Source of the DNA: a virus
Lineage: Duplodnaviria > Caudoviricetes
Virus record (IMG/VR): IMGVR_UViG_3300031414_000005
Length of the DNA stretch: 64,000 nt
Direction: 5' to 3' (one strand)
Part shown: piece by piece, positions 56,517 through 64,000 of the stretch
Numbering within the stretch: position 1 is the first letter of the stretch
Layout: each line of letters starts with the position of its first letter
The notes under the pieces: model-generated
Told to the model about the DNA's origin: nothing
The model's input: the letters and a program-made list of their open reading frames with translations, nothing else
Databases searched by the model: none
Program-made: the position numbers and the translations under genes

Positions 56517-58730
56517 ATGGCCCACCGAACAATACTTTTTCTGGATGACTGGAAACGTATCGCGGCCAAGCCGCATATGCAGACCGGCAATAAATCCTTC
56601 CTGAAAATGGCCAAGGCCTTTCGGGACATGGGAATTCAAAACTGGTATTTCCATCTTGCATTGATTGACCAGCGTCTTGTGGACATCGACCCACATGACC
56701 CGAATTTAACACCGGAACAACGGGTATGGGTATTGACCGAAGCCAGTGTGAACTACTGGTATTTCGTGCGTGAAGTCGCCCGTGTCCCGGCAGAAGGGGT
56801 GGGTGGTAAACCGTATCAGGCGAGCCGCAGTAACATCATGCTGGCCTGGCTGTACCTGTGTCACATTGACCAGATGTTGATCCAACCCCGTCAGACCGGT
56901 AAGTCGGTGGGTGTGGACTTTATCTGGGCATGGATTCTGTGGTTTGCAGGTCGCGGTGTGAAAGTGCAGTTGATGACACTGAACAACCGTCTGCGTACCG
57001 AGAACATGGCGCGAATGCGCAAGATCCGCGATCGCTTCCCGAAATGGATGATCAAACCCAACCGTTTCGATGCCGAGAACTCCGAGCGTATGACCTACAG
57101 TGGTTGGTCGCAACCGGGTAAAGAGGTGATCAACGAGTACGCGATATTCCTGCCACAGTCTGATGAGGAAGGGGCGAACAACGTTGGTCGTGGTCTGACC
57201 TCGGCCAACAAGCAGTTTGATGAAGGTCCGTTCTGTCCGAACATCGACATTTCTATCCCGGCATCCCTAAACGGTACCACCGCTGCGCGTGATGACGCCA
57301 AAGCCTTTAATGGGTTCTACGGCATCCTCTACACGACCACGGCGGGGGATCTCGGGACGAAGGAAGGCCGTTACATGTACGACATCCTGATGTCGGGCAC
57401 GGAATGGTCAGAGATGTTCTACGACTGTAAAGACCAGAAGGAACTGGCACTGACCGTGCGGGTGAACTCGCGCTCAGGTCAAGCACCGGTACCGTTTATC
57501 TCGGCCGTGTTCTCACACCGCCAGTTAGGGAAAGACGACCAGTGGTTGCGTGAAACCATTGCGGCGAACAAAAACACCAAAGCCTCTGCTGAGAAAGACT
57601 ACCTCAACAAGTGGGGCAAAGGGTCGGAGAAATCACCGTTGTCCGTGGAAGTCATGGACGAGATCGCGTCTTCTGGGGTGGAACCGGTCTGGCGAGAGAT
57701 CACCAAAGAAGAACGGTGCATGTTCAATTGGTACATCGACAAAATGACGATTGCCAAGAACATGACGACCACCCAATACGTCATCGGGGTGGACACCTCA
57801 GACAGTACCGGCAAAGATGCCACGACGTTTGTGATGCGTGATGTGCGTGATGGCTCGGTGGTGTGCGTAGGGACGTTCAACAACATCAGCCTGCCCATGA
57901 TCACCCGTGCGATTTCCAACTTCCTGATTCAACACAAGAACTCGGTGTTGGTGGTGGAACGTAACCGTGCGCAGCATCTCATTGACCAGTTGTTGATTGA
58001 CCTGCCAGCCAAAGGTGTGGATCCGTTCAAACGGATGTACAACCTGGTGGTGGAAGACCAGACTGTCCGTGTGTCTGATTTCCGCGACCTGGCACGCACC
58101 ACGATGTCAACGCGTGACCAGAGCTTCTACGATGCCCAGCGTGCAATGTTCGGCTTCTGGACAGGCAAAGACTCCCGTGAGGCGTTGTACGGCGGTAACT
58201 TCTTTGACTCGGCGGAGAAATGTTCGAAGTCGGTGCGTGACATAAAACTGATTAACGAACTGTCGCAGCTGATCACCGATAAGAAAGGTCGGATTAACCA
58301 CCCAAGCGGTGGACATGATGACTTGGTGATTGCATGGCTGTTGGGCTACTGGTTTATGACCCGTGCATCCCACCTGAGTTGGTACGGCATCGAAACCGGT
58401 AAGGTGATGTTGCTGGCCCAGAGCAAAGGGACGGAATCCGAAGAAGACGTGGTGTACCGTGAGCAGCAGATCGCTTATAAGGAAGAGTTGAACGAAATCA
58501 TGGAGGAGATCAAGAACTGTGAATCACCGTTACTGGTGACCCGTCTGGAAATGAAAGCGCGGAAAGTCCGTGGTTACATCGATGACACGCAGGATGAGAT
58601 CATCTCGATTGACCAGTTCATCAACGCGGCCAAGGAAGAACGCGCCAAGCGTATCCGTGACACTCAACAGAAACGGCGCAACATGGGGAACAACCCGTTT
58701 GCCCGTCAGTTCGGTCGTCGTGCAGCGTAA
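56517..58730 (+). CDS. terL: terminase large subunit
   Basis: Walker A QPRQTGKS, Walker B FDEG, motif III TTT, nuclease YVIGVDTS...D and GGHDDLVIA. Confidence 0.95.
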   Translation: MAHRTILFLDDWKRIAAKPHMQTGNKSFLKMAKAFRDMGIQNWYFHLALIDQRLVDIDPHDPNLTPEQRVWVLTEASVNYWYFVREVARVPAEGVGGKPYQASRSNIMLAWLYLCHIDQMLIQPRQTGKSVGVDFIWAWILWFAGRGVKVQLMTLNNRLRTENMARMRKIRDRFPKWMIKPNRFDAENSERMTYSGWSQPGKEVINEYAIFLPQSDEEGANNVGRGLTSANKQFDEGPFCPNIDISIPASLNGTTAARDDAKAFNGFYGILYTTTAGDLGTKEGRYMYDILMSGTEWSEMFYDCKDQKELALTVRVNSRSGQAPVPFISAVFSHRQLGKDDQWLRETIAANKNTKASAEKDYLNKWGKGSEKSPLSVEVMDEIASSGVEPVWREITKEERCMFNWYIDKMTIAKNMTTTQYVIGVDTSDSTGKDATTFVMRDVRDGSVVCVGTFNNISLPMITRAISNFLIQHKNSVLVVERNRAQHLIDQLLIDLPAKGVDPFKRMYNLVVEDQTVRVSDFRDLARTTMSTRDQSFYDAQRAMFGFWTGKDSREALYGGNFFDSAEKCSKSVRDIKLINELSQLITDKKGRINHPSGGHDDLVIAWLLGYWFMTRASHLSWYGIETGKVMLLAQSKGTESEEDVVYREQQIAYKEELNEIMEEIKNCESPLLVTRLEMKARKVRGYIDDTQDEIISIDQFINAAKEERAKRIRDTQQKRRNMGNNPFARQFGRRAA

Positions 58731-58743
58731 CAAAAAAAAGCCC

Positions 58744-58776
58744 AAAAGGGGGAGAGGCCGAAGCCTCTCCCTTTTT
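58744..58776. terminator. bidirectional terminator GGGAGAGGC-CGAA-GCCTCTCCC
   Basis: UUCG loop on the minus strand; A and T runs on both sides; convergent genes. Confidence 0.85.
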
Positions 58777-59417
58777 CATGCACTTTTGCTTTGAGCCAGA
58801 TAACCGTCAACAATGACTTTAGCAATACTGAAAACCGCATCCGCAGACTGTGCAGCATTGATCACCACCGCGCGGTGTTCATGGATACGGGCCAGACGCA
58901 GGTACACCTGACGCTGCTCTTCCATCTTCGACAGGTACTTGGCTTCAAGGGTATCTACCTCTTCACCACGGCCTGCACGTCGGGCCAGTACAACGTCAAC
59001 CGGTGCATCCAACACGATCACCAGACCCGGTTGGATTTCACGCACGGCAAAACTGGACAGCCATTCGATCTGTTGCTGAGTCACCTGTCCACTTAATCCC
59101 TGATAAGCAAAGGTTGACCAATCGCAACGGTCAGCCAGCACCACACGATCCGCAAGCAATGCAGCCCGGATAGTCTCGGCCATGTCAGCACGGGCCGCAC
59201 TCATCAGCAGGGTTTCCACCTTGGCGGACATCACCTTGGTTTTCAGGATGGTGCGCAGGTCTTCAGCCACCGGACTGCCGCCAGGTTCACGGGTGCGAGA
59301 GACATCAACCCCTTTACTTTCCAGGTAAGCCTGAATACGGTTCAGCAGTTCGGTCTTACCAATGCCATCGAAGCCTTCAACAGCGATGTAGTTCTTTAAC
59401 GCGGGTAATGGAAGCAT
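58776..59417 (-). CDS. tmk: thymidylate (dTMP) kinase
   Basis: IAVEGFDGIGKT P-loop, TREPGG, LADR..WST.AYQ motifs. Confidence 0.95.
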   Translation of the reverse strand: MLPLPALKNYIAVEGFDGIGKTELLNRIQAYLESKGVDVSRTREPGGSPVAEDLRTILKTKVMSAKVETLLMSAARADMAETIRAALLADRVVLADRCDWSTFAYQGLSGQVTQQQIEWLSSFAVREIQPGLVIVLDAPVDVVLARRAGRGEEVDTLEAKYLSKMEEQRQVYLRLARIHEHRAVVINAAQSADAVFSIAKVIVDGYLAQSKSA

Positions 59418-60748
59418 TAACTGTAATATCCTTTCGTCAGTGTGCGCAGCACAATGTAGATCATGAGAGCAGTACGGATAGCAATGATCGTTGCCGGGGT
59501 TTTGACGTTGGTCGCTTCCTTCACAATCGCATCGCCCCAGTCACGTAACTGGATTAACGCTTCGTTACTGGAACGGCTGGAGGTATAAGCCCCACGCATC
59601 TTCGACACCACGTCCGGCAAATCATTCATCTTCATACGCTTGGATTTCATGTAATCAAATAAATGAATGATACATTCTTCGACGAAAAGTGCGTAGCGTT
59701 CCGCGCCTTTCTCACCGTAGTTATCGGACATCACTTTCAAGGCGCGTTCCAGTTTGTCTGGGGGACAGTTCTTGATAGCGTTGGCCGCCAGGCTCACCAA
59801 TTCCGGTTTAATAAACGTGGCCTGGTTGGTAATCACGGTGCTAATGTAACGCTGATACTGGGTAACCTGTTTCGAGACGTCACCCACTGTCGACACCCCA
59901 TCCATCTCAACCATGGACGATGAGGTCGTGATGTTGTTGGTGTTGTTCTTCACTTCATGGAACACACGGTTAATCGCATTACACACATCACGCAAACGGT
60001 CCTGGATGTCCCCGATCATGTAAATGATGGCCTTGTCATCGGTGAATCTGACATAGGTATTATAGTGGACACCAAGTCCTTTTGTTACGATGGACTTTGC
60101 GCGGGCATCAAATAAGGCTCCCCACGAACCATGCACCTTGAGGTCGAACTTCTTCGACAGCTGGTTGTAGGTCTGTTGGGCGACGGACTTGTTGGCCGGG
60201 TAGCGGTAATCGTGACTCTGAATGGATGACATGCATTTATAGTGATAGATGCGCATCACGTTAAGTTTGGCTTCTTCCCGTTTGGTTTCTGACTTAATCA
60301 ACGGGGAGACGTGGAGCGCATGCAACACCCAACCCATCGATAAGTTGAAGACGTTTCCGGTTACATGGAAATTGCGGTTCACGAAAGGCGTTTCATACAG
60401 ATCTTCCGCCAGGTCGGTTTCATCGCAGTCCAGGATGTCATCAAACCAGGTGTTCCAGTCCTCGGTGGTAAACTTGATGGGGTAAACACCAATCAAGGCG
60501 TTGCCGAAGAAGTGGATATGATCTTGATTCTTGGTGACGAAGTGGTAGGCGTAGGCGGCAATGGCGTCGCAGAACTTGTCGTTGATTTTGAGGTGACCGC
60601 AGTAACGTTCAAACACCGATTTAATGGTGTTGGTGCCAAGACTGCTGTTGTCTTCCAAACCGGCGGCAAACCGTCCCTCCACTTCGGCTTTGAGTGCATC
60701 CCAATCCAGGGCGTGTTTCTCATCCAGCCAGCTTTCGAGTCCAAACAT
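59417..60748 (-). CDS. conserved virion structural protein (phiKZ gp32-like)
   Basis: AAGG RBS before ATG60748; N-terminal GLE motifs; stop overlaps the tmk start. Confidence 0.65.
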   Translation of the reverse strand: MFGLESWLDEKHALDWDALKAEVEGRFAAGLEDNSSLGTNTIKSVFERYCGHLKINDKFCDAIAAYAYHFVTKNQDHIHFFGNALIGVYPIKFTTEDWNTWFDDILDCDETDLAEDLYETPFVNRNFHVTGNVFNLSMGWVLHALHVSPLIKSETKREEAKLNVMRIYHYKCMSSIQSHDYRYPANKSVAQQTYNQLSKKFDLKVHGSWGALFDARAKSIVTKGLGVHYNTYVRFTDDKAIIYMIGDIQDRLRDVCNAINRVFHEVKNNTNNITTSSSMVEMDGVSTVGDVSKQVTQYQRYISTVITNQATFIKPELVSLAANAIKNCPPDKLERALKVMSDNYGEKGAERYALFVEECIIHLFDYMKSKRMKMNDLPDVVSKMRGAYTSSRSSNEALIQLRDWGDAIVKEATNVKTPATIIAIRTALMIYIVLRTLTKGYYS

Positions 60749-60781
60749 GGGGTTACCTTTAAATGTCAATGTTTTTGAAGT

Positions 60782-60798
60782 CTATATCATCGGTATGC
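60782..60798 (+). promoter_or_regulatory. promoter-core variant CTATATCATC
   Basis: AAGTCTATAT as in copy 1; in a divergent intergenic gap upstream of gene 60838. Confidence 0.45.
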
Positions 60799-60837
60799 AT
60801 AAGACCTTAGTCTTTTGTATTCCATCGGAGAACAATA

Positions 60838-61725
60838 ATGAGTGAACAGCCAATTGGTTTGCCAGGTGTTCTGGCGCACATCGGTTTTGGTAAGGCCCGT
60901 GATCGTATTAAGAAGGATCTCGACATTTACGGTGATCGCCGTCTCAAGTTAGCAAAACGTGAGGCAGGTAACGGGTTCTTACTGGTAATCGAAGGTGACC
61001 AGGTTGATCTTGTGTTTGAACGTCGTAGCCGTGAACCTGAAGCCATCCAGGCCAAGGCGAAAGCTGCGATCATTGCACAATTCCAGGATGCATTCCCTTC
61101 TGTCGATTCGCTGGTCGTCTACGGTATTGTCACCTTTGACAAAATCGATAACAGTCGCCAGCTTAACTATGACCGCGTCATGAGTATCACGGTGTACCAC
61201 AGCAATGTGGACTTGCCGGTTGATAAACATCCCGTGTTCAATCTGCCGATGAGCCCACTGATTCCCACCTGCTGGCAGGATGTGGTGGAGTTCATCGAGA
61301 CGTGTGCACGGCATAACGCACCGGTTGTGTTTATCTACACCGACACCTACGACGGTGTCTGGGTATCAGGTTCTTCCCTGACCGGGACAACATCCTGTGA
61401 GATCACGAAGATTCGTGACAATGGCAAAGAGATTGTCATGTACGCGAAAGTCGAGATCGAGGGTGTCACCATCAAGGACATTGAACTGGGTGTGGACAAG
61501 AGCGATAAAGAGGCCTGGGAAATCTACCTCAATATCCTTTCTACTAATTCCAGCGCTTTGTTGGAGCAGTACCGGGGACAACGTTTCTCCCTGGTGTTCC
61601 GCAGCATCGGTTACCACAACGATGCACCCCGCTGGATCAACTCTGCCTATTTGAAAGGCCTCAGTAACGCGGAAACACAAAACCACAAAGGGTATGTGTT
61701 GTTCTCGGAATTGGGTTGGGAGTAA
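60838..61725 (+). CDS. hypothetical protein (295 aa)
   Basis: GGAG RBS. Confidence 0.8.
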   Translation: MSEQPIGLPGVLAHIGFGKARDRIKKDLDIYGDRRLKLAKREAGNGFLLVIEGDQVDLVFERRSREPEAIQAKAKAAIIAQFQDAFPSVDSLVVYGIVTFDKIDNSRQLNYDRVMSITVYHSNVDLPVDKHPVFNLPMSPLIPTCWQDVVEFIETCARHNAPVVFIYTDTYDGVWVSGSSLTGTTSCEITKIRDNGKEIVMYAKVEIEGVTIKDIELGVDKSDKEAWEIYLNILSTNSSALLEQYRGQRFSLVFRSIGYHNDAPRWINSAYLKGLSNAETQNHKGYVLFSELGWE

Positions 61726-61930
61726 TTCCACTGCGTTAAAACTGAACATTGTTCAGGTATGATACGGTGTGTACGGAGAGACGCACCGTCTTTTCACTTT
61801 TTAGATTTACTTACTCAAAATCGAACGTTGCGCTTTCGGGTGCAATCTACTCAGGGTTATACACACGGTAAATGGAGCTGAATGTGAAAACATAAGCATG
61901 GGAAGTTTTACGTAGTAGGAGTATTTTTCA

Positions 61931-62203
61931 ATGAGAATTATCATGACTGCCGATAAGCGTTACTTACTTGGCCACGAAAACAGTATCATTCCTGGCTTAA
62001 CGTTATTGGAAGGTGATGTGACTATTAACGGAAACGAAATCAAAATTAATGATGACGTTATTGCAGAGTTCCGCAACCGGGATATTCATCTCAACGACAA
62101 ACTCATCAGTGAACGTTTCGGAAACACCAAGCCACTGAAAAGCAACTTACTGTACATGTATCAGCAAGAGGACAATTCATGGAATATGCAGCGTCGGGTG
62201 TAA
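61931..62203 (+). CDS. hypothetical protein (90 aa)
   Basis: AGGAG RBS. Confidence 0.75.
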   Translation: MRIIMTADKRYLLGHENSIIPGLTLLEGDVTINGNEIKINDDVIAEFRNRDIHLNDKLISERFGNTKPLKSNLLYMYQQEDNSWNMQRRV

Positions 62204-62532
62204 GAGCGGGGTTTAAGCCGGAGTTCAACATGAGCAAAGGCGCCTTTGCACTGAAAAACCTGTCGAGCGAAGAACAGTACCTGGCTACCGCACCTGCGGT
62301 AGCTGTACTGAAGATCGCCGGCATCAGTGACCGTAACATGATCGAAGTCGAAGGTGAAGCGATGCCTTCGAAACGATTCTCGCGCAAGTGGTTCGAGCGC
62401 AACAAACCCACCGAAGACGGGTTTCTTTTATTGCAACGTAACGGCAACATCAGATTCCTTCCCGCGCACGTCGCCGAAGCCCGTGAGGCAATGGTCGCCG
62501 TGGCGTGGGAGGAATCAATTTACGAAGATTAA
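62179..62532 (+). CDS. hypothetical protein (117 aa)
   Basis: GAGGA RBS inside the upstream gene; 25-nt overlap. Confidence 0.7.
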   Translation: MEYAASGVRAGFKPEFNMSKGAFALKNLSSEEQYLATAPAVAVLKIAGISDRNMIEVEGEAMPSKRFSRKWFERNKPTEDGFLLLQRNGNIRFLPAHVAEAREAMVAVAWEESIYED

Positions 62533-63377
62533 CGTTTGGGGACAATGGCCCGCAGGATACGGTGCTTGCGCAACTTATCACTGTAGCCAAAGATTTTCTT
62601 CATTCTTTTCAACTGATCTTTGTACGACTGTTTGGCATCCCGGTAGCCGTCGACTTCGTCACGGAACGCCCCGAGTTCGACCCCGCCGACCAGTACCCCT
62701 TCATTGATTTTCAACCATAGTTTCTTATGGATCATCCCCTTAGTTGCCAGAACCACTAATTCTGAGAAGTCTGGATAGGCCCTCGGATTCAATGTCGACA
62801 GTTGTTCGTCAAACTGCAACGTCACACGAGCCGTTAGCTGTGTGGTAACTAGAGAGGTTTCAAAAATGGTAATCGTGTTATGACCGGTCAATGCAATGTT
62901 GGTTGACTGGATTTCCGGCATTTGTGAAGTCGAATCCACAACGGTGTTGAGCCGTTGTGAGATTTGGCTCCCGGACCCTGCAACACCCGATGCGTATGTC
63001 GGTGAACCCCCGGGATTATAGGCAGCCATAAAGGTATCTGGCCAGCCATAATACAAGTTCTGTACGGAGATGATCTTACGCCCCATGGTCAAGCTGTCAG
63101 GGATGTTGATCACCGTCGTCCAGGGATCCGATTGTTCAATCCGCGCACCGCGTAAGGCGATGTTGTGTTGGGTACCGCCAATGACTTCACACTCCGGTAA
63201 AACCTTTGCATGGATCACCTGCTCCAGGATAGCCTGGTTCAAGGAGAACGGTGTGACTGGCCGGATTTGCCCGTGAAACAAATTTTTATCGCTTTCTAAA
63301 AACGCTGCCTTTAAGACTTCTTCGGGGATATCAAATCCATTGCAGACGTCACGCAGCGCGAATTCAATCGCATTCAT
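62529..63377 (-). CDS. conserved putative virion structural protein (282 aa)
   Basis: AAGGG RBS; late-type motif upstream; divergent from PhuZ. Confidence 0.65.
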   Translation of the reverse strand: MNAIEFALRDVCNGFDIPEEVLKAAFLESDKNLFHGQIRPVTPFSLNQAILEQVIHAKVLPECEVIGGTQHNIALRGARIEQSDPWTTVINIPDSLTMGRKIISVQNLYYGWPDTFMAAYNPGGSPTYASGVAGSGSQISQRLNTVVDSTSQMPEIQSTNIALTGHNTITIFETSLVTTQLTARVTLQFDEQLSTLNPRAYPDFSELVVLATKGMIHKKLWLKINEGVLVGGVELGAFRDEVDGYRDAKQSYKDQLKRMKKIFGYSDKLRKHRILRAIVPKR

Positions 63378-63433
63378 AATGCTGACCCTTTTAACAAGTA
63401 AACATACAATTTTTCATATAAGAGGAAATACTG

Positions 63434-64000
63434 ATGTCTAACACTTCTACTGCAAAAGTTGCTGGCGCACCGACTACCCGAATCTACGGCTGTGGCGGCG
63501 CGGGTATCAACGCAGTTAACCGTTTCATTCAGTCTGGTCAGGGTAGCATTCTGGGAACCATCGATGGCTCCTATGCGTTCCTGGACACCTCGCGTGCCAA
63601 CCTACCATCCGATGCGGATGAGTCCAAGGTCTATGTCCCGAACGACACCAAAGGTTCTGGTAAAAAGCGTGGTGAAAACTACGACGCGATCAAAGCCTCG
63701 TTCAAAGATATCCTGCTGAAACAAGAGCCGGGTGAATACAACATCGTGGTGTTCTCGCTGTCTGGTGGTTCAGGTTCGGTGATCGGCCCGGTGATCATGG
63801 CAGAACTGCTGGCACGCAAGCTGCCTACGGTGGCGGTGGTGATCGCTTCAACGGAATCCGGTAAGGAAACCCTGAACACTATCGACACACTGCTGTCACT
63901 GGATGGTATCCGTAAAGCACGCAAATTGCCGGTGGTCATGTGTTACGCAGAAAACGAAGAGTCGCGCACCTTCGCCGAAGTGGATCATGAAGTCACCAAG
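63434..64000 (+). CDS. phuZ: PhuZ phage tubulin (3'-truncated by the window edge; not in ORF track)
   Basis: Manual translation MSNTSTAKVAGAPTTRIYGCGGAGINAVN...FLDTS..N...KGSGKKR...VVFSLSGGSGS shows the tubulin/FtsZ GTPase signatures; GAGG RBS. Confidence 0.93.
   Translation, partial: MSNTSTAKVAGAPTTRIYGCGGAGINAVNRFIQSGQGSILGTIDGSYAFLDTSRANLPSDADESKVYVPNDTKGSGKKRGENYDAIKASFKDILLKQEPGEYNIVVFSLSGGSGSVIGPVIMAELLARKLPTVAVVIASTESGKETLNTIDTLLSLDGIRKARKLPVVMCYAENEESRTFAEVDHEVTK

Noticed and set aside
33156-58730. Introns or inteins in the RNAP and terminase genes
   Set aside because: The reading frames are continuous with expected sizes and no LAGLIDADG, HNH or intein splice motifs; the beta-subunit inserts are low-complexity acidic segments.
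1-64000. CRISPR array, tRNA/tmRNA, rRNA, IS or integrase
   Set aside because: No regularly spaced repeats, no T-loop/CCA cloverleaf and no transposase or integrase motifs seen by eye; tRNAscan-SE and ARAGORN would be needed to exclude them formally.
1-64000. Stop-codon reassignment (alternative genetic code)
   Set aside because: Conserved genes translate full-length under the standard code and end cleanly at TAA, TGA or TAG next to RBSs and terminators.

Overview
64 kb of a phiKZ-like, probably nucleus-forming jumbo phage genome (Chimalliviridae-type). The family assignment rests on four of the five split virion RNA polymerase subunits (one with the DxDGD catalytic motif), a large terminase, tail sheath and tube, a ~2,400-aa tape measure with a GH19 muramidase, a T4 gp21-like prohead protease, UvsX, RNase H, an SF2 helicase, dTMP kinase, an endolysin, and a PhuZ tubulin truncated by the right edge and absent from the ORF track. 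phiKZ gp numbers are recalled from motifs, size and synteny, not from a database search. Accessory early-type blocks lie at about 1-3.4, 6.7-11.9, 43.6-48.1 and 60.8-62.5 kb. I saw no tRNA, rRNA, CRISPR array, intron or IS element. The most unusual signal is a non-coding, densely base-paired ~340-nt region at 2.8-3.14 kb. It contains two tandem domains, each a 13-bp stem closing two small hairpins, and ends in a UUCG terminator, making it a candidate undescribed phage ncRNA. Also notable are a bipartite promoter with a fixed 12-nt spacer (TTAGAWTGCAG-N12-CTATATHACC), a recurring G-[L/M]-E motif that predicts the substrate set of the prohead protease, a tail-anchored gene with nested in-frame starts, and several small ORFs below the track cut-off.
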